DNA from: an uncultured bacterium
GTDB taxonomy: Bacteria; Abyssobacteria; SURF-5
Direction: 5' to 3'
NCBI GenBank assembly: GCA_964510165.1
Contig: CAZEBC010000008.1
Span: 1 to 47,965, forward strand
Length of the DNA: 47,965 nucleotides
Under the pieces are notes generated by a model. It was not told the DNA's origin, made no database searches, and saw nothing but the letters and a program-made list of their open reading frames with translations. Below are positions 7,428-16,863 of the stretch, one piece after another. A program made the position numbers and the translations under genes. How positions within the stretch are numbered: position 1 is the stretch's first letter; the number at the start of each line of letters is the position of its first letter.

Positions 7428-7631
7428 TGCAAAATTTGCATAGTAACAAGTCGAACTTGACTGAATTATGCAAATATTTCATACCTCCCGAAGTGACGTT
7501 TTGATTTCGGCGCTGGTTATTGCTCCCCCTGTCTCCACTTTTTTAGAACTTAACCAATTTGTTGTCAAGAGTTTAGACCTGTCGCCCTTCTGCCCGACAT
7601 CCTGGCTTGGGATAATGGCATGGTAGTTGCT
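7428..7631 (+). promoter_or_regulatory. sigma54 (-24/-12) promoter upstream of dsrA with candidate IHF site and upstream palindromes
   Basis: TGGCATGGTAGTTGCT (7616-7631) fits TGGCAYG-N4-TTGCW with GG-N10-GC spacing. AACCAATTTGTTG (7552-7564) is one mismatch from IHF WATCAANNNNTTR. Palindromes TGCAAA-A-TTTGCA (7428-7440) and ATTTGCATA...TATGCAAAT (7434-7475). Confidence 0.7.
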
Positions 7632-7828
7632 TTTTCTGGAATATTGTGGAAGTAGGTTTCCCTCCATCCAACCCCTGATGCCAAAAGCTGTTAGAAATGT
7701 AAATGGACGAAGAGTGGAGGGAACAAAAACCGGAGGTCACCCCTTGAAGGCAGCACCCTCCGGCAGACCGAGTTAGAGGCGGCATCATTCAGAGGCTCGA
7801 AGGATAAGTAAAAGGACAGGAGAGAGTT

Positions 7829-9055
7829 ATGGCAGAGAAGGGCACACCGATGTTGGACGAGTTGGAGAAGGGTCCGTGGCCGAGCTTTGTGACGGAGATA
7901 AAGCGAGCGGGCAAGAAGAAGAAGGCGTGCATGGACCTTTTGCACCAGCTTGAGAAGTCGTACCGTGACCGTATTGGGTACTGGAAGCACGGGGGTATCG
8001 TTGGGGTGACGGGATACGGCGGGGGTGTGATTGGTCGGTACTCGATGTTTCCGGACGAGTATCCCGACATAGCGCATTTTCACACGATCCGAGTGAACAT
8101 GCCGTCGGGGTGGTTTTACACGTCGAAGGCGCTTCGGGCGGTGTGCGACATATGGGACGCGCACGGGAGCGGGTTGACGAACATGCACGGATCGACAGGG
8201 GACATCATATTATTGGGCACGACGACGGACCAGTTACAGCCGTGTTTTGACAATTTATCTGAGGCGGGTTTTGACCTTGGCGGCTCGGGTTCCGCGCTTC
8301 GTACGCCGAGCGCGTGCGTGGGACCCGCGCGGTGCGAGTGGTCGTGTTATGACACGCTTGATGCATGCCACACGATCACGATGGAGTTTCAGGACGAGCT
8401 ACATCGTCCGCCGTGGCCTTACAAGTTCAAGATGAAGTTCAGCGGGTGTCCGAACGACTGTGTGGCGTCGATTGCGCGGTCGGACCTGTCGGTGATCGGG
8501 ACGTGGCGGGACGCGATGCAGGTGGACAACGGCGCGGTGCGGGAGTATGCGGAGAAGGGGTTGGACATCCAGAAAGAGGTAGCGTCGTTGTGTCCGACGC
8601 GGGCGGTGGATTACGATTCGGGCACCAAGCAGCTTCGGATCATCAATGAGGACTGCGTGCGGTGCATGCACTGCATCAACGTGATGCCGAAGGCGTTGAG
8701 GCCTGGGAAGGAGCGGGGAGCGACGATTCTGGTAGGCGGGAAGGCGCCGATCCTGGAGGGTGCGATGCTGTCGTCGGTGATGATCCCGTTCATGAAGATG
8801 GAGCATCCGTACGATGAGCTAGTGGAGCTTGCGCGGAAGATACATGACTGGTGGGATGAGAACGCGAAGTTTCGTGAGCGAGTAGGTGAGTTGATCAAGC
8901 GAGTGGGGATTCGGACGTTCATCAAGGAGATGGGGCTTCCTGCGGTGCCACAGATGGTGAGTGCGCCGAGGGCGAACCCGTACTATTTCTGGTGGCCGGA
9001 AGAGGTGACGGACAGGGAAGGCAAGCCATTGATGCAGAAGAAGGAAGAGGTGTGA
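7829..9055 (+). CDS. dsrA: dissimilatory sulfite reductase alpha subunit (copy 1)
   Basis: [35 protein letters not shown], siroheme/Fe-S motifs CVGPARC and GCPNDC, ferredoxin CVRCMHCIN. Confidence 0.98.
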   Translation: MAEKGTPMLDELEKGPWPSFVTEIKRAGKKKKACMDLLHQLEKSYRDRIGYWKHGGIVGVTGYGGGVIGRYSMFPDEYPDIAHFHTIRVNMPSGWFYTSKALRAVCDIWDAHGSGLTNMHGSTGDIILLGTTTDQLQPCFDNLSEAGFDLGGSGSALRTPSACVGPARCEWSCYDTLDACHTITMEFQDELHRPPWPYKFKMKFSGCPNDCVASIARSDLSVIGTWRDAMQVDNGAVREYAEKGLDIQKEVASLCPTRAVDYDSGTKQLRIINEDCVRCMHCINVMPKALRPGKERGATILVGGKAPILEGAMLSSVMIPFMKMEHPYDELVELARKIHDWWDENAKFRERVGELIKRVGIRTFIKEMGLPAVPQMVSAPRANPYYFWWPEEVTDREGKPLMQKKEEV

Positions 9056-9057
9056 AG

Positions 9058-10116
9058 ATGGGGAGAACGGATATAGGACCGCCGCTGTATAAGGACATGC
9101 TTCCGCCGGTGATCACGAAGAACTATGGGAAGTGGAAGTATCACGAGATATTGAAGCCTGGGGTATTGGTGCACGTAGGAGAGAGCGGGGACAAGCTGTA
9201 CACGGTTCGGCTGGGTTCACCGAGGTTGGTGAGCACGGACTACATACGAGACCTGGCGGAGTTGGCGGACAAGTACTGCGACGGGTATTTGCGGTTCACG
9301 AGCCGTCACAACGTGGAGTTTTTGTTGACGGACGCGGGGAAGATCGAGGCGTTGATTGCGGACGCGAAGAAGCTTGGGTTGACGCCGGGGGGTACTGGCG
9401 CGTCGATCACGAGCATCGTGCACACGCAGGGGTGGATACACTGTCACACGCCGGCGACGGACGCCTCGGGGATCGTGAAGGCGGTGATGGACGATCTGTT
9501 TGAGTATTTTGGGAGCCACAAGCTGCCAGCGCAGGTGCGAATTGCGCTGGCGTGCTGTTTGAACATGTGCGGAGCGGTGCACTGTTCGGACATTGCGATA
9601 TTGGGGATACACCGGTTGCCGCCGAAGGTGGACCATGAGCGGTTGGGCAAGATATGCGAGGTACCCTCGACAGTGTCGGCGTGTCCGACGGGCGCGATTC
9701 GTCTGGACGCGAAGAAGAAGAGCGTGCAGGTGATCGAAGAGAAGTGCATGTACTGCGGGAACTGTTACACGATGTGTCCGGCGATGCCTTTGATGGACCC
9801 GGACGGAGACGGGGTATCGATCTGGGTAGGCGGGAAGGTGTCGAACGCGCGTCATGCGCCGATGTTCTCGCGGTTGGCGATTCCGTATTTGCCGAACAAT
9901 CCGCCGAGGTGGCCGGAGGTGGTGAAGGCGGTTCGGAACATTGTGGAGGTGTACGCGAGCAACGCGCGCAAGCACGAGCGAGTGGGAGAGTGGATCGAGC
10001 GAGTGGGCTGGGAGCGGTTCTTCAAGCTGACGGGAATCCCGTTCACGGACAAGCACATAGACGACTTCACGCTTGCGCAGGACACGTTCCGTACGACGCC
10101 GATGTTCAAGTGGTGA
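9058..10116 (+). CDS. dsrB: dissimilatory sulfite reductase beta subunit (copy 1)
   Basis: [60 protein letters not shown] 9058 two nt after the dsrA stop. Confidence 0.98.
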   Translation: MGRTDIGPPLYKDMLPPVITKNYGKWKYHEILKPGVLVHVGESGDKLYTVRLGSPRLVSTDYIRDLAELADKYCDGYLRFTSRHNVEFLLTDAGKIEALIADAKKLGLTPGGTGASITSIVHTQGWIHCHTPATDASGIVKAVMDDLFEYFGSHKLPAQVRIALACCLNMCGAVHCSDIAILGIHRLPPKVDHERLGKICEVPSTVSACPTGAIRLDAKKKSVQVIEEKCMYCGNCYTMCPAMPLMDPDGDGVSIWVGGKVSNARHAPMFSRLAIPYLPNNPPRWPEVVKAVRNIVEVYASNARKHERVGEWIERVGWERFFKLTGIPFTDKHIDDFTLAQDTFRTTPMFKW

Positions 10117-10118
10117 GT

Positions 10119-10168
10119 GCAGGGGCGGCTCTTGTGGCCGCCCGTAGGGGCGATTTTCGTGATCGCCC
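10119..10168 (+). repeat. tandem pair of REP-like 25-nt palindromes between dsrB and dsrD
   Basis: GCAG-GGGCGGC-N7-GCCGCCC then GTAG-GGGCGAT-N7-ATCGCCC; duplicated at 24407-24456. Confidence 0.7.
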
Positions 10169-10192
10169 GCAAGGAAAGAAGGCGAGAGGCCG

Positions 10193-10438
10193 ATGGACGA
10201 GGTGACGAGGAACGGAGTACTAGAGTTCATCAAGAAGAAGGCGGAGCGAGGGAAGGGCCTGAACAGTTATCGAGACATAACGAAGGGCTGTCCCGAGCTT
10301 GACCGCAAGGCGATAAAGAAGGCGGTGCAGGAGTTAATAGCGGAGGGCGTGCTTGACTACTGGTCGAGCGGCAGCACCACCTACATCCGCCTGGCCGGCT
10401 ATGAGCCCGGCTCTGGCGAAACCCCACCCGAAGAATAG
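10193..10438 (+). CDS. dsrD: DsrD (copy 1)
   Basis: 81-aa basic winged-helix-like protein with YWSSGSTT, directly after dsrB. Confidence 0.93.
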   Translation: MDEVTRNGVLEFIKKKAERGKGLNSYRDITKGCPELDRKAIKKAVQELIAEGVLDYWSSGSTTYIRLAGYEPGSGETPPEE

Positions 10439-10624
10439 GCCTGATGAGGAGAGATTTCGGCTGGATACGAGCCCGAAGGGCTTGAAGGAGGTGGCCGAAC
10501 GAAATCAGCGTGAGGGCAATCACGGTGGAGTGAGAAGAAGCGGGCCTGCCGGGAGCACGGACTGCCCGCGCAATCGAAGAGAGATTTAGTCGCATCTTGG
10601 AGAGCGAAAGGAGGTAGGTAAATA

Positions 10625-11863
10625 ATGTCGCAACTCGTGAAGCCTCACGGCTCGGCGGAGTTGAAGCCGCTTCTGCTGAAGGGCGACGCACTAAAGGAAG
10701 CTAAGAAGAAGGCCGAGAAGTTGCCGAAGGTGATGATGACCTCTCGTGAGACGTCCGACCTCATTATGATGGCGATCGGCGCGTTCACCCCCCTCGAGGG
10801 CTTCATGACCAAGGCCGATTGGAAAGGCGTGTGCGCCGAATACAAGATGGCGAACGGACTTTTCTGGCCCATCCCCATCACGTTATCAGCGCCCAAAGAC
10901 GTTGCCGATTCGATCAAGGCAGGCAGCGAGGTCGCCCTCGTCGATTCCGAGACCGGCGAGTTGATGGGCAGCATGGAGGTGACCGAGAAGTACACGATTG
11001 ACAAGGAATACGAGTGCAAACAAGTATTCCGCACCAATGATAAGGAACACCCGGGCGTAGCGAAAGTAATGGAACAAGCTGAGGTCAACCTGGCTGGCCC
11101 GGTGAAGGTATTCAGCGAGAGCTATTATCCGAAGGAATTTGCGGGCATCTACATGAGGCCTGCCGAGAGCCGGAAGATTTTTGAGGAGAAGGGCTGGAGA
11201 ACGGTAGCCGCGCTTCAGTTGCGCAACCCGATGCATCGCTCGCATGAATACCTCGCGAAGATAGCGGTGGAGGTGTGCGATGGCTTGTTTATTCACCAAT
11301 TGGTGGGCAAGCTCAAGGCCGGCGACATACCCGCCGATGTCCGCGTGAAGTGCATCGACGTGCTCGTTGAGCACTATTTTGTGAAGAACACTGTGGTTCA
11401 GGGCGGTTATCCTATGGAAATGCGCTATGCCGGACCGCGCGAGGCGCTCCTGCACGCGGTTTTCCGGCAGAACTTCGGCTGCAGTCACCTTATTGTTGGC
11501 CGTGACCATGCCGGCGTGGGTGACTATTACGGTCCGTTCGATGCGCAGAAGATTTTCAATGAGATTCCGCCAAACGCGCTCGAACTGAAACCGCTCAACA
11601 TCGACTGGACATTCTATTGCCACAAGTGCCGCGGCATGGCTTCGATGAGGACCTGCCCGCATGGCAAGGAAGACCGGTTGCTTCTGAGCGGCACCATGCT
11701 TCGCAAGATGCTCTCCGAAGGTGGAGAAGTCCCTGCCGATTTTAGCCGACCTGAGGTTCTCGCAATCCTCAAGGAGTACTACGCCGGTTTGACCGAGAAA
11801 GTGGAGATAAAACTTCACGGCGCGGCCACGGGCGAAGCAGCGGTGAAAGACAAGAAGAAATAA
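10625..11863 (+). CDS. sat: sulfate adenylyltransferase (ATP sulfurylase)
   Basis: [35 protein letters not shown], CxxC...CPH Zn site; AAGGAGGT RBS. Confidence 0.98.
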   Translation: MSQLVKPHGSAELKPLLLKGDALKEAKKKAEKLPKVMMTSRETSDLIMMAIGAFTPLEGFMTKADWKGVCAEYKMANGLFWPIPITLSAPKDVADSIKAGSEVALVDSETGELMGSMEVTEKYTIDKEYECKQVFRTNDKEHPGVAKVMEQAEVNLAGPVKVFSESYYPKEFAGIYMRPAESRKIFEEKGWRTVAALQLRNPMHRSHEYLAKIAVEVCDGLFIHQLVGKLKAGDIPADVRVKCIDVLVEHYFVKNTVVQGGYPMEMRYAGPREALLHAVFRQNFGCSHLIVGRDHAGVGDYYGPFDAQKIFNEIPPNALELKPLNIDWTFYCHKCRGMASMRTCPHGKEDRLLLSGTMLRKMLSEGGEVPADFSRPEVLAILKEYYAGLTEKVEIKLHGAATGEAAVKDKKK

Positions 11864-12006
11864 CGGGGTTTGTTGCGATTCGGTTGCTTTGCGTAAATAA
11901 AGCAGCGGACTTCACAAGAAAGGAGGTAGCGAAAAAAAAGCAAATGTATTTGTCGTGGAAGTTGAAGGGAAGGGAGCTGACAACGCACAACGTTAAGGAG
12001 TAGACA

Positions 12007-12450
12007 ATGCCAAGTTTTGTGAACCCAGAGAAGTGCGACGGTTGCAAGGCATTGGACAAGACTGCGTGCCAGCATATTTGCCCCAACGATTTGATGGTCT
12101 TGAACAAGGAGCAGATGAAAGCATACAACCAGGAACCGGAAATGTGCTGGGAATGCTACAATTGCGTGAAAATCTGCCCCACTCAGGCCGTCGAAGTGCG
12201 AGGCTACGCAGACTTTGTTCCGATGGGTGCCAGCGTCACACCGATGCGCGGCACCGAAGACATCATGTGGACCGTTAAGTTCCGCAGCGGACAGATCAAG
12301 CGGTTCAAGTTCCCGATCCGTACCACGCCGGAAGGCTCTGCCGTTCCGGATGGCGGTTTTAAGACCGGGACCGACGATTTGAGCAGTCCATTGCTTTTCA
12401 CGGAGCCGGAGTCGACCGGAATGGCGAATCTGGCGCCAGTCAAGAAGTAA
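12007..12450 (+). CDS. aprB: adenylylsulfate reductase beta subunit
   Basis: MPSFVNPEKCDGCK..CQHICPNDLM, CWECYNCVKICP, KRFKFPIRTTPEGS. Confidence 0.98.
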   Translation: MPSFVNPEKCDGCKALDKTACQHICPNDLMVLNKEQMKAYNQEPEMCWECYNCVKICPTQAVEVRGYADFVPMGASVTPMRGTEDIMWTVKFRSGQIKRFKFPIRTTPEGSAVPDGGFKTGTDDLSSPLLFTEPESTGMANLAPVKK

Positions 12451-12468
12451 GGAAGGGAGGTGGAATAC

Positions 12469-14340
12469 GTGGCTGATTTTCAAAATGTAGAAGTGACTAC
12501 CGACCTTCTGATACTAGGCGGCGGTATGGCGGCCTGCGGCGCGGCGGTTGAAGCTGCGTACTGGGCAAAGAAGAACGGCCTCAAGGTGACACTGGTCGAC
12601 AAGGCGGCGATGGACCGCAGCGGCGCGGTGGCCATGGGCCTGTCCGCCATCAACCAATACGTCGGTCTGAAGGACGGCGAGAATACGCTTAAAGACTACA
12701 TCGAGTACGTCCGCAATGACCTCATGGGGATCACGCGTGAAGACCTGGTTGCCAGTATCGCCCGGCACGTTGATTCCACAGTGCATCTGTTTGAAAAATG
12801 GGGCCTTCCCATTTGGCTGGATGCAAACGGCAAGTACGTGCATGAAGGCCGCTGGCAGCTCATGATCAACGGCGAGTCCTACAAGGTCGTGGTTGCCGAA
12901 GCTGCAAAGAATGCGCTCGGCATCGCGAACATTTATGAGCGCGTGTTTATCGTCGAGCCTCTGCTCGATGGAGACCGCATCGCGGGCGCCGTCGGCTTCA
13001 GCGTGCGCGAGAACAAATTCTACGTGTTCAAGGCAAAGGCGGTCCTGGCGGCAATGGGCGGCGCGGTGCACGTGTTTAAGCCCCGGTCGGCAGGAGAAGG
13101 CCTCGGCCGCGCCTGGTATCCGCCGTGGAACTCCGGCTCGAGCACCTACTACACGGCCCGCGCCGGCGCGGAACTGACCTGCCAGGAAGTCCGGTTCATC
13201 CCGGTCCGCTTCAAGGATGCATACGGCCCGGTGGGCGCGTGGTTCCTGCTGTTCAAGTCAAGAGCCACCAACGCCCTCGGCGAGAACTATATGGAGACTC
13301 GCAAGGACGAGCTCAAGAAGTGGGCGCCGTATGGCAGCGTGAAGCCCGTACCCGCGAACCTGCGAAACTGGCTCGGCATGCTGGACGTGATGGAAGGAAA
13401 AGGCCCCATCTCGATGAGGACGGAAGAGGCCATCGCCAACCTGGCCAAGGCAGTGCCGGACGAGAAAGAGCGCAAGAAGAAGCTCAAGGAACTCGAGAGC
13501 GAAGCATGGGAAGACTTCCTCGACATGACCATCTCGCAGGCTATCCTGTGGGCTAGCACGAATGTGCAGCCTGAGCAGAAGCCCTCGGAAATCGCCGCCG
13601 CAGAGCCTTACTTCATCGGCTCGCACTCCGGCGCTTCCGGCGCGTGGGTCAGCGGCATGAAGGACCTGGCTCCGCCCGAGTACTTCTGGGGCTATGGTCA
13701 CATGTCCACCGTCAAGGGTCTGTTCTGTGCGGGTGACGCATCGGGTGCCTCCAGCCACAAGTTCTCCTCCGGTTCCTGCACCGAAGGTAGAATCGCGGCC
13801 AAAGAGGCTATCCGGTTCGTCGTAGAGAACAACACTCAGCCCAAGGTTGACGCAGCCCAAGTCGCGTCACTGAAGGAGAGGATACTGAAGCCGCTGGACC
13901 TGTTCCAGCAATTCAAGGGCGCTTCCAGCGATCCGGACATCAACCCCAACTTCATGAAGCCGAAGATGTTCATGTTCAGGCTTCAGAAGATCATGGACGA
14001 ATACGCAGGCGGCGTGACGGCTCAGTTCAGCACAAGCAAGGCCCTGCTCGAGAGAGCGCTCGAGTTGCTCACCTTCCTGAAGGAAGACTCCGAACATCTC
14101 GCTGCCGAGGACTTGCACGAACTGATGCGGTGCTGGGAGAATGTGCAGAGGTTGTGGCAGGCTGAAGTCCACGTCCGGAGCATACTCTTCCGCGAAGAAA
14201 CACGCTGGCCGGGATACTACTTCAGGGCGGACTTCCCGAAGATGGACAACGAGAACTGGAAAGTTTTCGTTAACGCTACGTGGAGCCCCAAGACCGGTGA
14301 ATGGACAATGGCGAAGAGACCCGTCATTTCCATCATCTGA
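12469..14340 (+). CDS. aprA: adenylylsulfate reductase alpha subunit
   Basis: GGGMAACGAA FAD motif, RSGAVAMGLSAIN, WQLMINGESYK, RFKDAYGPVGAWFLLFK, HKFSSGS, ETRWPGYY; GTG 12469 fits the GGAGG RBS (ORF track starts at 12460). Confidence 0.98.
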   Translation: MADFQNVEVTTDLLILGGGMAACGAAVEAAYWAKKNGLKVTLVDKAAMDRSGAVAMGLSAINQYVGLKDGENTLKDYIEYVRNDLMGITREDLVASIARHVDSTVHLFEKWGLPIWLDANGKYVHEGRWQLMINGESYKVVVAEAAKNALGIANIYERVFIVEPLLDGDRIAGAVGFSVRENKFYVFKAKAVLAAMGGAVHVFKPRSAGEGLGRAWYPPWNSGSSTYYTARAGAELTCQEVRFIPVRFKDAYGPVGAWFLLFKSRATNALGENYMETRKDELKKWAPYGSVKPVPANLRNWLGMLDVMEGKGPISMRTEEAIANLAKAVPDEKERKKKLKELESEAWEDFLDMTISQAILWASTNVQPEQKPSEIAAAEPYFIGSHSGASGAWVSGMKDLAPPEYFWGYGHMSTVKGLFCAGDASGASSHKFSSGSCTEGRIAAKEAIRFVVENNTQPKVDAAQVASLKERILKPLDLFQQFKGASSDPDINPNFMKPKMFMFRLQKIMDEYAGGVTAQFSTSKALLERALELLTFLKEDSEHLAAEDLHELMRCWENVQRLWQAEVHVRSILFREETRWPGYYFRADFPKMDNENWKVFVNATWSPKTGEWTMAKRPVISII

Positions 14341-14353
14341 CGATGAAGCCCTT

Positions 14354-14388
14354 TCCTCCGGGCGCCCTCCCCCTGGGCGCCCGGAGGA
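14354..14388 (+). other. perfect 14-bp GC-rich stem-loop after aprA, without a U-tract
   Basis: TCCTCCGGGCGCCC-TCCCCCT-GGGCGCCCGGAGGA. Confidence 0.75.
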
Positions 14389-14452
14389 GCCCCCTCGGGG
14401 GTTGCTGTTGTATGGGGGACTGGTTAAGAAATACTGAAGAGAGTGATTCAAC

Positions 14453-14740
14453 GTGCAGTGCAATGACACCCCAACCTGCCCGCATTGCGGTCAAGAAATG
14501 AATAAGTGGGCGCTTCCAGACGGAACCACATGGCAAGCGGAGTTTCACTATGTATGTTTCAATGATGAGTGCCCCTATTTCGTTCGCGGCTGGCAGTGGA
14601 TGCATGAGAAATACAAACGTCGCGCCTCGTATCGGCATTGCGTCAACCCCGGGACCGGCGCTTCGCGTCCGCTTCCGGTATGGTCAATCACGGCGTTAAA
14701 AGACCGTATCATCAAAGACACCGTGTCTAATTCCTCATGA
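14453..14740 (+). CDS. small zinc-ribbon-like hypothetical protein
   Basis: CPHC...CFNDEC (CxxC + Cx4C), Trp-rich, in operon orientation. Confidence 0.75.
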   Translation: MQCNDTPTCPHCGQEMNKWALPDGTTWQAEFHYVCFNDECPYFVRGWQWMHEKYKRRASYRHCVNPGTGASRPLPVWSITALKDRIIKDTVSNSS

Positions 14741-14761
14741 AACAGATTGCGAAGATTCTCA

Positions 14762-15589
14762 ATGAAGGAACTGCAAGACCTGAAAGAAACGATTCTGCGG
14801 GATGCACCGAGGTTTACCGAAACCGATAAGTTCAAGTTCTCTTGTCATAAAGGATTGAACTGCTTCACCCAGTGTTGTGCCGACGTCACGATTTTTCTTA
14901 CGCCATACGATATTCTCCGGATGAAGAGGCGCCTCGGAATCTCGTCCGACGAGTTCCTGGCTTCCTATACATTTGTCCCATTCACGCAGCAACAGAAACT
15001 GCCCGTCGTCGTACTGAAAATGGGTGATGACGAGCGAAGAACCTGCCCTTTCCTTGCCGCCGAAGGCTGTTCCATCTATGAGGACCGCCCCTGGGCCTGC
15101 CGCATGTATCCGCTTGGGCTTGCTTCACCGAGCGAGGATGCTGGACCCGCCGAGCAGCGATTCTACTTCCTCATGCAGGAAGGCAATTGCTGCGGGTTCA
15201 ATGAGGACAAGGAATGGATGGTAGGGGAATGGATCGAGAATCAGGGAATAACCCTGTACAACGAGATGGGCGAGTTGTTCAAGGATATCTCGTTGCACGA
15301 ATTCTTCCGCAAGGACGGAAGACTCGATCCTGAAAAGATGGAAATGCTCTACCTGGGCTGCTATCACCTCGACAAATTTCGCAGGTTCGTGTTCGAAAGC
15401 AGATTTCTGCAGCACTTCGATATAGATTCCGAACTCATCGAAAAAATACGAATTGACGACGTGGAACTGATGAAATTCGCGTTTCAGTGGCTGAAATTCG
15501 CCTTATTCAACGAGCCGACCATGAGGATAAGCGAGTCTGTACTGGAGGCGAAGAAACAACGATTATTGGGCAAGAAGCAACCAACGTAA
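14762..15589 (+). CDS. YkgJ-family cysteine-cluster (putative Fe-S/Zn) protein
   Basis: CHKGLNCFTQCC, CPFL...GCSIYEDRPWACRMYP; start ATG 14762 or TTG 14747. Confidence 0.88.
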   Translation: MKELQDLKETILRDAPRFTETDKFKFSCHKGLNCFTQCCADVTIFLTPYDILRMKRRLGISSDEFLASYTFVPFTQQQKLPVVVLKMGDDERRTCPFLAAEGCSIYEDRPWACRMYPLGLASPSEDAGPAEQRFYFLMQEGNCCGFNEDKEWMVGEWIENQGITLYNEMGELFKDISLHEFFRKDGRLDPEKMEMLYLGCYHLDKFRRFVFESRFLQHFDIDSELIEKIRIDDVELMKFAFQWLKFALFNEPTMRISESVLEAKKQRLLGKKQPT

Positions 15590-15599
15590 TGGAGATGCT

Positions 15600-16856
15600 A
15601 TGAGTGCCAACGGCAAGATTCTCGTCATAGGCGGAGGCATAAGCGGCATATCCGCCGCCGCTGAAGCCGCCGAGCTGGGCTGCGAGGTAGTGCTGGTCGA
15701 GAAGGAAGCGTACCTCGGCGGAAGAGTGATTCGCATGAATCAGTATTTCCCGAAGCTCTGTCCGCCCACGTGCGGCATGGAGATAAACATCCGACGCCTG
15801 CGCCAGAATCCCAGGGTCAAAGTCTACACTCTGGCCGAGGTGGAAAAGGTCTCGGGCGAGCCCGGCAGCTACACGGTTACTATCAAGGTGAATCCGCGAT
15901 ACGTCACCGGTAAGCAACCCCTTTCCGAGGCTCACCTTCAGGCTGTGACGACCGAGGTGCCGAACTCGTTCAATTATGATATGGACAAGAGCAAGGCGCT
16001 CTATATGCCGCATGACTCGGCGTTTCCCCCGACATATGTGCTCCGTAAGGACGCTTTAACGAGCGACGAGCGTGAGAAGCTCAAGACGGCCTCGCCCGCG
16101 GAGGCGATCGACCTCGACATGAAACCGCAGAGTATCGAGGAGAGAGTCGGCGCGATTATTGTCGCGACAGGCTGGAAACCTTACGACGCGACCAAGCTGG
16201 ATAACCTCGGTTTCGGCAAATGCGCTAATGTCATAACTAATATGATGATGGAGCGACTGGCAAGTCTGAGCGGACCGACCGGGGGAAAGATAGTGCGGCC
16301 TTCCGACGGCAAAGAGCCGCTCAGCGTCGCCTTTGTTCAGTGCGCGGGCTCGCGGGATGAAAACCATCTGCCATATTGTTCGGCGCTCTGCTGCATGGGA
16401 TCATTGAAGCAAGCGCGATACGTAAGAGAGAAAGTGGCCAACTCAAAGGTCACCATATTCTACATTGACATCCGAACCATTGGCCGCTTCGAAAAGTTCT
16501 ATTATGACCTCTTGGAGGACCCGAATATCTCCTTCGTCAAAGGAAAGGTGGCGAAGATAGCCGAAGACCCTGCGACGAAGAACCCGATCGTTGAGGTTGA
16601 GGAAGTAATGCCGGGCAACAGGGTGCGCGAGCAATTTGACATGGTCGTGCTCGCTACCGGAGTCGTGCCCTCAACGGCTGACTCGCCCATCCCGGGGGCC
16701 AAGATTGCGTATGACAACGATGGATTTATTGTGGATAGCCCAAACGGCGACGCGATATTTGCCGCTGGCTGCGTAAAACGGCCGCTCGACGTATCGAGGT
16801 CGGTGAAAGACGCCACCGCTGCAGTCATGAAGGCCATCCAAAGAGTCAGGAGGTAA
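15600..16856 (+). CDS. qmoA: QmoA (HdrA-like flavoprotein)
   Basis: VIGGGISG, YFPKLCPPTCG, FVQCAGSRDENHLPYCSALCC; follows aprBA. Confidence 0.95.
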   Translation: MSANGKILVIGGGISGISAAAEAAELGCEVVLVEKEAYLGGRVIRMNQYFPKLCPPTCGMEINIRRLRQNPRVKVYTLAEVEKVSGEPGSYTVTIKVNPRYVTGKQPLSEAHLQAVTTEVPNSFNYDMDKSKALYMPHDSAFPPTYVLRKDALTSDEREKLKTASPAEAIDLDMKPQSIEERVGAIIVATGWKPYDATKLDNLGFGKCANVITNMMMERLASLSGPTGGKIVRPSDGKEPLSVAFVQCAGSRDENHLPYCSALCCMGSLKQARYVREKVANSKVTIFYIDIRTIGRFEKFYYDLLEDPNISFVKGKVAKIAEDPATKNPIVEVEEVMPGNRVREQFDMVVLATGVVPSTADSPIPGAKIAYDNDGFIVDSPNGDAIFAAGCVKRPLDVSRSVKDATAAVMKAIQRVRR

Positions 16857-16863
16857 TGGTACC

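Larger units (their letters stand above)
7818..10439 (+). repeat. dsrABD direct repeat, copy 1 (2622 bp)
   Basis: Matches 22106-24727 at offset 14288; identity begins at AGGAGAGAGTTATG and ends 1 nt after the dsrD TAG; all listed six-frame ORF translations within the two copies are identical. Confidence 0.97.

Noticed and set aside
7466-7484. Rex operator upstream of dsrA
   Set aside because: TTATGCAAATATTTCATAC matches TTGTGAA-N4-TTCACAA poorly in either register.
8992-9057. N-terminal extensions of DsrB (8992), DsrA copy 2 (22087), DsrN (24641) and the receiver (6884) in the ORF track
   Set aside because: They overlap upstream genes or lack an RBS; downstream ATGs fit RBS position and family N-termini.
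9217-10233. Long antisense ORFs (e.g. 9217-10233, 20741-21955, 19358-20302)
   Set aside because: Shadow frames of well-supported genes in GC-rich DNA; no motifs.
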